Under the pieces are notes generated by a model. That model ran no database searches. It saw nothing but the letters and a program-made list of their open reading frames with translations, and was not told the origin of the DNA. A stretch of DNA of 64,000 nucleotides from NCBI GenBank assembly GCA_963692865.2, contig OY843592.1:352001-416000 (forward strand), given 5' to 3'. Position numbers and translations under genes: made by a program. Positions 1 to 8,716 of the stretch are shown here, piece by piece. Each line of letters starts with the position of its first letter. Position 1 is the stretch's first letter. The stretch comes from a bacterium (GTDB lineage Bacteria; UBA8248).

Positions 1-807
1 GGCTTCTTTTTTCGAACCGTCCTCTCCGACGTCGCGCAGGGCCCCGTCCTCGCCCGCATCACGCGCGAACGGGGCGGCGGCAACGTCGGGATGCTCTACG
101 TCGACGACGCATGGGGAAGAGGACTCGCCGCCTCCTTCATGGCCGCGTGGAAGGGGAAGCTCAAGGCGGTTGCGTTTTCCCGGGGCCGGAGCAGCTTCGT
201 CGACGCTCTGCGCGAATCCGCAAGCGAGGGCGCGAAGGCCCTGGTCGTGATCGCTTTCGAGACGGACGCCGAAACCATGGTGCAAGAGGCGCTCGCGCAG
301 GGCATCTACCGCACCTTCACGTTCGGCGACGCCGCCAAGCGTCCGTATCTGGTCCGCTCTATCGGGGGAGACCGGCTCGGCGGCATGTACGGTTCCGGCG
401 GCGGACTGGCGACCACGGCCCGGACCGCCTCCTCACGCGCGTGGGACGCCGCCTACGTCGCCGAATACGGTTCCCTGCCCGTGTTCGCCTACGTCCGGGA
501 GACCTATGACGCCACCGTCGCTCTGGCCCTGGCGGCCCAGGCGGCCGGCAGTCTGGACGGCGCCGCCATCCGCGACCGGTTGCGCGCCGTCGGAGCGGGC
601 CCGGGCATCGTCGTGACCGCAGGCCCGCGGGGCGTCGCCGACGCTCTCCGCATTCTCGCCGGAGGCGGAGAGGTCGATTACGAAGGGGCGGCCACGTCGC
701 TGGACTGGGACGAGAACGGCGACCTGCGCCGGGGCCACGTCGGCATCTGGCGTTTCACGCCGGACGAGCGGGTCGAAACGGTCGGCGCGGAGCCGTATGA
801 ACGATAG
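1..807 (+). CDS. Branched-chain amino-acid (Liv/ANF-type) ABC substrate-binding protein, 5'-truncated by the window edge
   Basis: Frame is open from base 1 (GFFFRTVLSDVAQG...). It has the FFRTxxSDxxQG, YDATVALALAA and YEGAATSLDWDENGD motifs typical of LivJ-like periplasmic proteins. Confidence 0.8.
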   Translation, partial: GFFFRTVLSDVAQGPVLARITRERGGGNVGMLYVDDAWGRGLAASFMAAWKGKLKAVAFSRGRSSFVDALRESASEGAKALVVIAFETDAETMVQEALAQGIYRTFTFGDAAKRPYLVRSIGGDRLGGMYGSGGGLATTARTASSRAWDAAYVAEYGSLPVFAYVRETYDATVALALAAQAAGSLDGAAIRDRLRAVGAGPGIVVTAGPRGVADALRILAGGGEVDYEGAATSLDWDENGDLRRGHVGIWRFTPDERVETVGAEPYER

Positions 808-1034
808 GTCCGCCCCGCGATGCGGACTTCGCCGTTCCTCGTGCAACGAACCCTCCCGCGATCTCGTTTCCGCGGGACCGGCGGCGGGTCAACCAAAATT
901 CGGGCGCTTCGATTCCCCCGCCGCCCCCGCGCCTTCCCTGTGGCCATTTGCCTGCAATCCCGATATATTGTCCGCCGTCAACCACACATGAATGCGCTTC
1001 GCATCGTGCGGAGGTTTCCGGGAAGGAGACTCTC

Positions 1035-2069
1035 ATGAAAGCCATGGTTTTGAGGGAAAAAGGAGCGCCCTTTTCATTTGAAGACGTGCCCGACCCCGCG
1101 CCCGGAGAGGGCGAAGCCGTGGCGCGCGTCATCGCCTGCGGCTCGGGCCTCACGATTCACCACGCGCGCGCGGGCCGCGCGGAGATCGATTACCCCATGA
1201 TCATCGGCCACGAGGTGGTGGGCGAGATCGTCGAAACGGGCGGCGGGGTATCGAACGTGCGGGCGGGCGACGTCGTCACCTTCCACTGCTATCTCACGTG
1301 CGGGCACTGCCGCTGGTGCCGGGTGAACAGGGAACCGATATGCGACAACATGGCCGGCTTCGTCGGAAGACACCGAGACGGCGGCTACGCCGAATACATC
1401 AACCTCCCCGCGCGGAACTACGTCCACATACCCGACGGCCTGGACTACAAGGCCCACCCCGCCGAGGCGGCCGTCATCTGCGACGCGATCGTCACCCCCT
1501 ACAAAGTGCTGCGCCGCGCGCGGATCGAACCGATGGAGACCGTCGCCGTCATCGGGGCGGGCGGCGGCGTGGGGATCCACATGGTCATGCTCGCCCGCTG
1601 GGCGAACGCGCGCGTCATCGCCGTGGACGTCTCAGAACAAAAACTGGCCCAGTGCAAAGAACTCGGGGCGGAGGCCACCGTGGACGCCTCGAAAGAGAAC
1701 GTGACCGAAGCGCTGCTCGAACTCACCGGGGGCTTGGGCGTGAACGTGGCTATCGATTTCGTCTCCCAGGACACCACGCTCGAAGCCGCCGCCGAAGCTC
1801 TCGATATGGGAGGCCGCCTGGTGACGCTGGGCGGCTTCACGCCCAAGCCGTTTCGCCTCTCCGCCGGGAGCCTCCTGAACGGGGAGCTCGAGGTCATGGG
1901 CAGCCGCTCGTTCACCAAACAGGAGATCATCGAATCACTCGATCTTTGCGCGCGCGGAGACGTCTGGCCGCTGGTCACGGAAACCTACCGGCTCGAAGAA
2001 GCCGAAAAAGTGCACGAACGCCTCGAAGCGGGCGCGATTACGGGCCGCGCGGCGATCGTGATGGACTGA
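1035..2069 (+). CDS. Zinc-dependent medium-chain alcohol dehydrogenase
   Basis: AAGGAG RBS before MKAMVL. It has the GHE motif, structural Zn motif CGHCRWC...C and Rossmann GAGGGVG. Confidence 0.9.
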   Translation: MKAMVLREKGAPFSFEDVPDPAPGEGEAVARVIACGSGLTIHHARAGRAEIDYPMIIGHEVVGEIVETGGGVSNVRAGDVVTFHCYLTCGHCRWCRVNREPICDNMAGFVGRHRDGGYAEYINLPARNYVHIPDGLDYKAHPAEAAVICDAIVTPYKVLRRARIEPMETVAVIGAGGGVGIHMVMLARWANARVIAVDVSEQKLAQCKELGAEATVDASKENVTEALLELTGGLGVNVAIDFVSQDTTLEAAAEALDMGGRLVTLGGFTPKPFRLSAGSLLNGELEVMGSRSFTKQEIIESLDLCARGDVWPLVTETYRLEEAEKVHERLEAGAITGRAAIVMD

Positions 2070-2099
2070 ACGAATTTTCTCTTAACCTCAAGGCGAACG

Positions 2100-3275
2100 A
2101 TGGATTTCACCCTCACCGAAAAACAGCTCGAACTGCAAAAGCTGGCGCACGATTACGCCAGAGATGAACTCAAACCCCATGTGCGCGAACGCGAGCGGAT
2201 TACGGACCCTGCCGAGCGATTCCCCTGGGATATTCTCGAGACCGGGAGCAGGCTGGGTTTAAGGACGCTCTCCATCTCGGAGGAGAGAGGCGGCGGCGGG
2301 GCCGACATTCTCACGCTCTGCATCGTGGGCGAGGAGATCGGCTGGGGGGATCTGGGCGTGGCCGTCACCTTCGACCAGACCTGGAAGGTCATTCATTTCC
2401 TGGACATCGTCTGGAACGAGGAACAGCGCGCGAAATTCCTGCCCGCGTTCCTTGAGGATCACCGCTTCCACCTCGCCGTCGGGATGACGGAGCCGGAGGT
2501 GGGTTCCGAGAACTTCATCCCCGAAGAAGGCCCCGACCGCGGCGTCCGCACGAGCGCAGTGCGAGACGGTGAGGACTGGATCATCAATGGAAAGAAGCAC
2601 TACATCAGCAACGGGGGTATCGCCAGGCTCTACGTGCTCGTCTGCCGCACAGACCCCACTGTCGGCGTCTCCAAGGGCGTGACCTACTTCATGGTGACGC
2701 CGGATATGGCGGGGTTTTCCATCGGAAAAATCCACGAGAAGATGGGCCAGCAGCTTTCCCAGAACGCTGAACTCATCTTCGAGAACTGCCGCGTATCGGA
2801 CGATTACCGCGTCACGGCGGTAGGCGGGGGCGTGGCGGCCCGCTCCGGTCCTTTCTCGCGCGGTTCGGTCATCGAATCCGCCGCCACGAACCTGGGACCC
2901 GCCCGCGCCGCCTATGAAGACGCGCTCGAATACGCCAAAACGAGAATCCAGGGCGGAAAACCCATCATCGAACACCAGGGCGTGGGCTTCATGCTGGCGG
3001 ACTGCTTCGTCGAGTACGAGGCATCACGCCGGATGCTCCACTACGCCGCCTGGCGGGCGATGCGCGATGGCTACGACCCCAAGCTCGGCTATATGGCCAA
3101 GGCGTACACATCGGAGGCCGGTTTCCGCATCGCCACGCGCGCGCTCGAGGTCTGGGGCGGAACGGGCTACATGACGGACGCGCCGATGGAGAAATACCTG
3201 CGCGACGTCATCAGCTTCCTCCACTCGGCGGGCACCAACCAGGCGCAGCGAATCCGCGCCATGAAGTATTTTTAG
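2100..3275 (+). CDS. Acyl-CoA dehydrogenase family flavoprotein
   Basis: MDFTLTEKQ start, GMTEPEVGS, WIINGKKHYISNG, RIQGGKPI, GGTGYM..EKYLRD. Confidence 0.9.
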   Translation: MDFTLTEKQLELQKLAHDYARDELKPHVRERERITDPAERFPWDILETGSRLGLRTLSISEERGGGGADILTLCIVGEEIGWGDLGVAVTFDQTWKVIHFLDIVWNEEQRAKFLPAFLEDHRFHLAVGMTEPEVGSENFIPEEGPDRGVRTSAVRDGEDWIINGKKHYISNGGIARLYVLVCRTDPTVGVSKGVTYFMVTPDMAGFSIGKIHEKMGQQLSQNAELIFENCRVSDDYRVTAVGGGVAARSGPFSRGSVIESAATNLGPARAAYEDALEYAKTRIQGGKPIIEHQGVGFMLADCFVEYEASRRMLHYAAWRAMRDGYDPKLGYMAKAYTSEAGFRIATRALEVWGGTGYMTDAPMEKYLRDVISFLHSAGTNQAQRIRAMKYF

Positions 3276-3346
3276 TCACCGAACGCATGTATTCGTCTCG
3301 ATTCCCATTCTCTTGAGGGCGCAAGCCCCGAAAGGCCAGGTGCAGC

Positions 3347-4384
3347 ATGAACAAGAAGATCGCCGTACTGGGCGCAGGCGCCATCGGCGGCAGCGTGGCC
3401 GCCGACCTGACCGACGCAGGCCTCGACGTCACCGTCATCGACCAATGGCCCGAACACGTGGAGGTAATGCGAAAAGACGGCTTACACGTCCAGATGCCGG
3501 ATCTGGATCTCAAAACGCCGCCCTTGCGCGCGCACCATCTGTGCGAACTCGCCTCGCTAAGGACGACCTTCGACATCGTCCTCCTGATCGTCAAATCCTA
3601 CGACACGCGCTGGATGTGCGAACTCATCAAGCCCTACCTCAAGAGCGGCGGGGTATTCGTCGGGGCGCAGAACAGCATGAACAACGACATGATCGCGTCG
3701 GTCATCGGGCGCGAGCGCGTGGTGGGCTGCTGCGTGGAGCTCTCGGCGGAGATATTCACGCCCGGCTTCATCCAGCGGAACACCCCGCGCAAGGGTACCT
3801 GGTTCGCCGTGGGGGAACTGGACGGCTCGGTAACCCCGCGCGCGGAGGAGGTTCGCGACATCTTCGCGCACGTCGCCGTCACCGAACTGAGCACGAACAT
3901 CGAGGGCACCAAGTGGACGAAGCTCATCGCCAACTGCATGACGATGGGGCCTTTCGGGCTGCTGGGACTCAAGAACGCGGAGACCCGCGAGCTTCCGGGC
4001 GTGATCGATCTCTCGGTCGGACTCGGCAAAGAGGCGATGGCGGTGGGCGAGGCGCTGGGCTACGGGGTGGAGCCCGTGTTCGGCCTCTCCTCGGATGATT
4101 TCGCGGGTTCTGACGATCAGGTGCTCGTGACGGCCATGAAGACGCTGCTCGGCCACGTGGGGCCTCGTTCGCGCACCGCGCCGATTCAGGACCACATCAA
4201 GGGCCGGAAGAGCGAGATGGAATACATCAACGGACTCGTCTCGCGCCGGGCGAGAGAACTCGGCATACCCACCCCGTTCAACGACGCGGTGACCGAGATC
4301 GCGCGGATGATAGACGACGGCGAAATCGAGATGGGCCGCCCGAACTACGAGCTTCTCCAGGCGAAAATCGCCGAACTGGTCTAG
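3347..4384 (+). CDS. Ketopantoate reductase (PanE/ApbA) family oxidoreductase
   Basis: GAGAIGG, VKSYDT, QN, KWTKLIAN, QDHIKGRKSEMEYING motifs. Confidence 0.85.
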   Translation: MNKKIAVLGAGAIGGSVAADLTDAGLDVTVIDQWPEHVEVMRKDGLHVQMPDLDLKTPPLRAHHLCELASLRTTFDIVLLIVKSYDTRWMCELIKPYLKSGGVFVGAQNSMNNDMIASVIGRERVVGCCVELSAEIFTPGFIQRNTPRKGTWFAVGELDGSVTPRAEEVRDIFAHVAVTELSTNIEGTKWTKLIANCMTMGPFGLLGLKNAETRELPGVIDLSVGLGKEAMAVGEALGYGVEPVFGLSSDDFAGSDDQVLVTAMKTLLGHVGPRSRTAPIQDHIKGRKSEMEYINGLVSRRARELGIPTPFNDAVTEIARMIDDGEIEMGRPNYELLQAKIAELV

Positions 4385-4413
4385 TCCGTAGGCCTGTCGC
4401 CGAAATACAGAGG

Positions 4414-4788
4414 ATGCCCGCCATGCCCTTTTACCACTGGGACGATATGAAAAAGCGCAACATCGTCTCCACCACGGATTCCGAAGGCAGCATGATTCTC
4501 GGCGCATCCACCACCCTGACGCGCCAGGAGCAGCCGCCCGGCAAGGCGACGCGCCCGCACAGCCACGGCTGCGAGCAGATAATCCACATACTGGAAGGCA
4601 CGGGCTGGTTCCGCGTCGGGGATGAAGAGAAGACATTGGGCGCGGGCGAGGTGGTCCACATACCCCTGGGCGTGGAGCATGAACTCGAAAATCCGGGACC
4701 CGGCGTTCTCGTCTATCTTTCGTTCAAGAACAGATCCCAAGACTGGCCGCCGCGAGAAGCGCTCGCAAGCGAAGCGGAGGGGGTCTGA
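4414..4788 (+). CDS. Cupin domain protein
   Basis: HSHGCEQ...LEG and GEVVHIPLGVEH cupin motifs. Confidence 0.85.
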   Translation: MPAMPFYHWDDMKKRNIVSTTDSEGSMILGASTTLTRQEQPPGKATRPHSHGCEQIIHILEGTGWFRVGDEEKTLGAGEVVHIPLGVEHELENPGPGVLVYLSFKNRSQDWPPREALASEAEGV

Positions 4789-4835
4789 CCCGCAGAGCCG
4801 GACCGGATGAAAATTTCCATAAGGAGACAGCAGCC

Positions 4836-5990
4836 ATGATCGATCCTTTCCGCATGTCCGCCGTGCCGCGCGTGCGCTTCGGCAGAGGCGAGGCCGCCTC
4901 CATCGGGGATGAGGCGAAGAGACTGAACATGACGCGCCCCATGCTGCTCGCGGACCCCGGCCTTTCGGGCGCGGGCGTGCTCGCTCCCGTGACGGATGGC
5001 CTCGATGCGGCGGGCGTCGAATACCGGCTGTATGAAGACGTGGAGCCCAACCCGTCGGACCCGAGCATCACGCGCGCGCAGGCGTTTTACGAGGCGAACG
5101 ATTGCGGCGGAATCATCGCCGCGGGCGGGGGAAGCGCCATCGACACCGCCAAGGCGATGGGGGCGCTCTTAACGAACGGCGGGAAGATTAGCGACTATTA
5201 CGGCGCGGACAAGGTGGAAAAATCCATTCCGCCCTTCATCACGGCCCCGACCACGGCGGGCACGGGCAGCGAGGTGACGCGCGCCTCCATCATCACCGAC
5301 ATCGAACGCGGAACCAAATCGAGCATCCACTCGGACGCGCTCTACGCCGACGCGGCGGTGGTGGATTCCTCCCTTCTGGCAACGCTGCCCAAATTCTTCG
5401 CCGCGGGCGCGCTGATGGACGCCCTCACCCACGCGGTGGAATCGCTAGGCTCCCCGCGCGCGAACCCCTGGACCCAGGCGCTCTGCTTCGAGGCGGTCGG
5501 GTTGATCGGCCGGAACGCGCGGCGCTTCGTCGCCGACCCCTCAGACCCCGACGCCGCAGACCCTCTGGCGCTGGCGGCGTGCCTCGCGGGCGCTTCTTTC
5601 ACGAATACCGGCCTCGGCATCGTGCACGGACTCACGCACCCGGTCTTCAACTTCTTCGGCGGCCACCACGGCACCACCAACGGAATCCTCCTCGCCCCCG
5701 TGATGCGCTTCAACCTGCCCGCCATGCGCGATACCTACGCCCGGCTGGCCCCGCTTCTGGCGAACCCCGAGGAGGGAGCGGACGATACGCAGGACGCGGA
5801 ACTCAGCATCCAGCGCGTCCGCGCCCTGGCAAACGACATCGATATCCCCGGATCGCTCGCGGCCATCGGCGCCAAGGAGGAGTACCTCGACCGCATGGCG
5901 CACGAGGCGGCCGCCAGCACAACGGTGGCGACGAACCCCGTGCCCGCCATTGCTGAGGACATGAAGCGGATTTATCTGGAGTTGATGTGA
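4836..5990 (+). CDS. Iron-containing alcohol dehydrogenase family protein
   Basis: GGGSAIDTAK, PTTAGTGSEVT, DALTHAVE, GIVHGLTH, HHG metal ligands. AAGGAG RBS. Confidence 0.92.
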   Translation: MIDPFRMSAVPRVRFGRGEAASIGDEAKRLNMTRPMLLADPGLSGAGVLAPVTDGLDAAGVEYRLYEDVEPNPSDPSITRAQAFYEANDCGGIIAAGGGSAIDTAKAMGALLTNGGKISDYYGADKVEKSIPPFITAPTTAGTGSEVTRASIITDIERGTKSSIHSDALYADAAVVDSSLLATLPKFFAAGALMDALTHAVESLGSPRANPWTQALCFEAVGLIGRNARRFVADPSDPDAADPLALAACLAGASFTNTGLGIVHGLTHPVFNFFGGHHGTTNGILLAPVMRFNLPAMRDTYARLAPLLANPEEGADDTQDAELSIQRVRALANDIDIPGSLAAIGAKEEYLDRMAHEAAASTTVATNPVPAIAEDMKRIYLELM

Positions 5991-6012
5991 GGGGATAAAG
6001 CGGCCTGCGGCG

Positions 6013-7191
6013 TTATTTCTTGGGTTCGAGAAGTTTTCTCAAGCCCTTCACTTCCTTCTTCTTGTCGTCCCCTTTCTCTGCGTTCACAAAACCCGCAACG
6101 TAGAGATCCCGCAAAATCTCTGTATCGCGCGAATCCTCGAACAAAATTTCCTTATTGGTCTGCACCCCATATTCAAGCAGGACCCTCTTGACGTAATCTA
6201 CATCGGCCGGTTTATTTTTCGTCGGTTTCGCCGACTGAAAATCTCCCTTCTTTTCCGTCAATCGCGGCAGAAAGTAGATTACCGGTGTCCCTTTTTTGAC
6301 ATTGATGATGTTCTTCAATTTTTCAATATCCGAATTGAAACATATTTTTTCAAAACCCCGATCATAAGTAGTACCGACATACCATGGGGTCGTGTTGTTA
6401 CCGATCCGCATTCCAACCACATATACACCACAAGTGGTGTTCAACTGCTTTTGTTCCTTTCCAAGAATACTACTCCATGTCTCTTCGACCTTAATGGCCC
6501 TTTCTTTGACCTTGTTAGGGTTCTTCATCAGAACGTCATGTGGACCATGTACGTCATATCGGAATTTCACTTCTTCGTGCCCGGTTACTTCAGCGGGTTC
6601 ATGCTTTATTCCAAATACGCCTTTGAGTTTGTCCACGCTCGGCGATGGATAATTTCTCGTATTCAAAAAACCCCGTATGGAAGTTTCCTTAATCATTTTC
6701 GTCATCGCTTTATTCAAAAGATCGTTATTTGCCGACAACGATTGCTGAATAAACATTTCTTCGACGAATCTCACCCCCAAGAACTCTTCCTGATTCGATG
6801 CCGGAGGAGAAAATCTTTCATTCTTATCATCAACTCGATCAACTCGCGCCAACAAGTACAAAAAAGGACGCCCCTCTCCGCCGTATTTGTTAATCAAGAT
6901 GCTGTTGTAATAATAAAGGTTCTTGAAATTGAAACATTCTTTTTTGAATGTAAGCTTCTCAGCTTTTCCCACATACCAAGGCAGTGTCTGTGCGGCCGTT
7001 CCTTTCATTCTGCCTTCTACGCCACGCATTCCGAAGAGATAAACGCCGCAAGCATCCGGCAAATCATATTCCTCCTCGCGGCCTCTCCGGCGGATTTTTT
7101 CCCAAAAACTATCCGTGTCTTCTCTATCGATCCAATTGGAATAGCCTTTATCGACTCCAATGTCATACGGACCATAAACCTTGAAGCGCAT
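6013..7191 (-). CDS. Hypothetical protein with two tandem GIY-YIG-like nuclease domains
   Basis: 392-aa ORF, visibly AT-richer than its flanks. It is internally duplicated, with CGVYLFG..PWYVGKA and CGVYVVG..PWYVGTT. GGAG RBS upstream. Confidence 0.7.
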   Translation of the reverse strand: MRFKVYGPYDIGVDKGYSNWIDREDTDSFWEKIRRRGREEEYDLPDACGVYLFGMRGVEGRMKGTAAQTLPWYVGKAEKLTFKKECFNFKNLYYYNSILINKYGGEGRPFLYLLARVDRVDDKNERFSPPASNQEEFLGVRFVEEMFIQQSLSANNDLLNKAMTKMIKETSIRGFLNTRNYPSPSVDKLKGVFGIKHEPAEVTGHEEVKFRYDVHGPHDVLMKNPNKVKERAIKVEETWSSILGKEQKQLNTTCGVYVVGMRIGNNTTPWYVGTTYDRGFEKICFNSDIEKLKNIINVKKGTPVIYFLPRLTEKKGDFQSAKPTKNKPADVDYVKRVLLEYGVQTNKEILFEDSRDTEILRDLYVAGFVNAEKGDDKKKEVKGLRKLLEPKK

Positions 7192-7426
7192 TCGCTCTCC
7201 TTTCCGGCATGGGATTTTAGGGGGATTATATACAAGAAAATGGCGTAAAAGGCATCCCGCAATCCTTGCGGGGGTTCCCGCCCGTTCCCGTAGGGAGCGG
7301 CCTCGTATTCAGCAGGCGAGCCGACTCTCCGGCAACTGCGCTTGTCGCTTCACGAGGATAATTTTGCAGATTTGCAAACGGATTGTCGGTGTGTTAGCAA
7401 AAAAGAACACGATAGGGGGCTCAGAC

Positions 7427-7600
7427 ATGGACGAAGAAATCAGGCAGGAATTCAAGAAACTTCACGAACGACTCAACGAAATCCACGAAGAAAACAACCA
7501 CTGGCATAATAAAATATATCAGCAGAATATAGGCAGAGACGCCAAAATCGAAGCGCTGGAAGAAAGGGTGTCCAGCATTGAAAGAGTCGTTTTTTCTTGA
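7427..7600 (+). CDS. Small hypothetical coiled-coil protein (57 aa)
   Basis: G-rich RBS-like AGGGGG before ATG. The sequence is heptad-like and charged: MDEEIRQEFKKLHERLNEI...IEALEERVSSIE. Confidence 0.5.
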   Translation: MDEEIRQEFKKLHERLNEIHEENNHWHNKIYQQNIGRDAKIEALEERVSSIERVVFS

Positions 7601-7734
7601 GGGATCAGGGTAAAGGGCCGGGCGGCGTCATGCGATACGCCGTCAAGGCGGCAAGGATCGCCACCGGGAAAATCACCGAATCTTGAATCGACAGGCAAAA
7701 GATTGCTCGCGAGGGCGGCAAGGTCCATACCGGA

Positions 7735-8355
7735 TCACGGAACCCACCGCCGCGCTTCTTCCCGGATGGCCCGCGCCTTGTCGGTCCCTTCCATCACCAG
7801 GTTGTCTGACGGCGGGCTGCCGCTGAATTTCTCGTTGCGCCAGCAGTGGTAGCGAAGCGCTTTTGGATACGGCGTCAGGTCCATCGCCTCGAAATAAGAC
7901 GCGGGCACTTCGCCCGGCTTGTGGGGGTCCATGCGGTCTTTCTCGTAGATCATCGTGCGCTTGATGACGCGCCACCGCCCGTCCCTGCGCTCGAACAGAT
8001 CCACCACGCTGCTCCAGGTCGAGAAGTCGAAATCATAGCCGTCCATCGTCCGCCTCTGGTGGAGGGTGAGGTAATACTCGCACACGCCGCGCTCCCCACT
8101 TATTCGAGTACGCGCGTTGCCCGCGACGTGTTTCTGGGAGTCGTCGGGATGGTGGCCGCCCATCATATCGCGCGATTCGGTGATGAACGCATGCGCGTTG
8201 CCCATGAACCACGAGGTGGTGATGTCCGCATCCGGGTGAAAGCAATCCAGCAGTCCGTCCCAGTCGCCCGTATCCCGGCAGACGTGCGAGAACATGGCGA
8301 CCTCCATCATTTCGAGTTTGTCCGCCGCCGCGCGCAGCCTCGCTTCTTCGCTCAT
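7735..8355 (-). CDS. SnoaL-like / NTF2-fold protein
   Basis: RDTGDWDGLLDCFHPDA and DLFERRDGRWRVIKRTMIYEKDR. GGAG RBS. Confidence 0.8.
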   Translation of the reverse strand: MSEEARLRAAADKLEMMEVAMFSHVCRDTGDWDGLLDCFHPDADITTSWFMGNAHAFITESRDMMGGHHPDDSQKHVAGNARTRISGERGVCEYYLTLHQRRTMDGYDFDFSTWSSVVDLFERRDGRWRVIKRTMIYEKDRMDPHKPGEVPASYFEAMDLTPYPKALRYHCWRNEKFSGSPPSDNLVMEGTDKARAIREEARRWVP

Positions 8356-8432
8356 TCAATCGTCTCCTTCCGCGTGCCCTCGCCCGCCAATAGATGTTGG
8401 CCAAAAACACCTTCGCCGGGGCATCACCTTTA

Positions 8433-8716
8433 CCCCCTTGTCGGGGCTGTTGAAAAAGACCCGCCGAGGCGACCCCCGGTTTTCGCCTTTGCTCGTCATT
8501 CCGGCGAATGCTGGTGACAACCGACAGGTTGGCCAGAACCGATGCGAGAATCGGAGTCCGTGGAATCCTGCCGCCTGCGACGGATCGACGTATTTCCGCA
8601 TATCTTCCATTCGAGTCCGCTCTGGATTCCGTCGAACCCTCCCGTCTTGGTCGGCTCCGACACCGGAATGACGGTTGATAATCCCGATTGTAGGGGCTTC
8701 TTCAACACCGCCCCTA
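8433..8716. repeat. Composite palindromic repeat: MITE-like left end, GTCATTCCGG...CCGGAATGAC element (8495-8672) and degenerate right end
   Basis: CCCCTTGTC-GGGGCTGTTGAAAAAG at about 8434-8458, 10-bp inverted arms at 8495 and 8663, and GGCTTCTTCAACACC at about 8695-8709. Confidence 0.6.

Noticed and set aside
941-956. Possible sigma54 promoter TGGCCATTTGCCTGCA
   Set aside because: GG-N10-GC spacing fits, but the match to TGGCAC and TTGC is poor and is likely to occur by chance in GC-rich DNA.
6451-7248. 265-aa ORF antisense to the tandem GIY-YIG gene
   Set aside because: Long for AT-richer DNA, but it has a TTG start, no RBS and a Phe/Ile-rich mirror composition. The minus-strand ORF carries the motifs.
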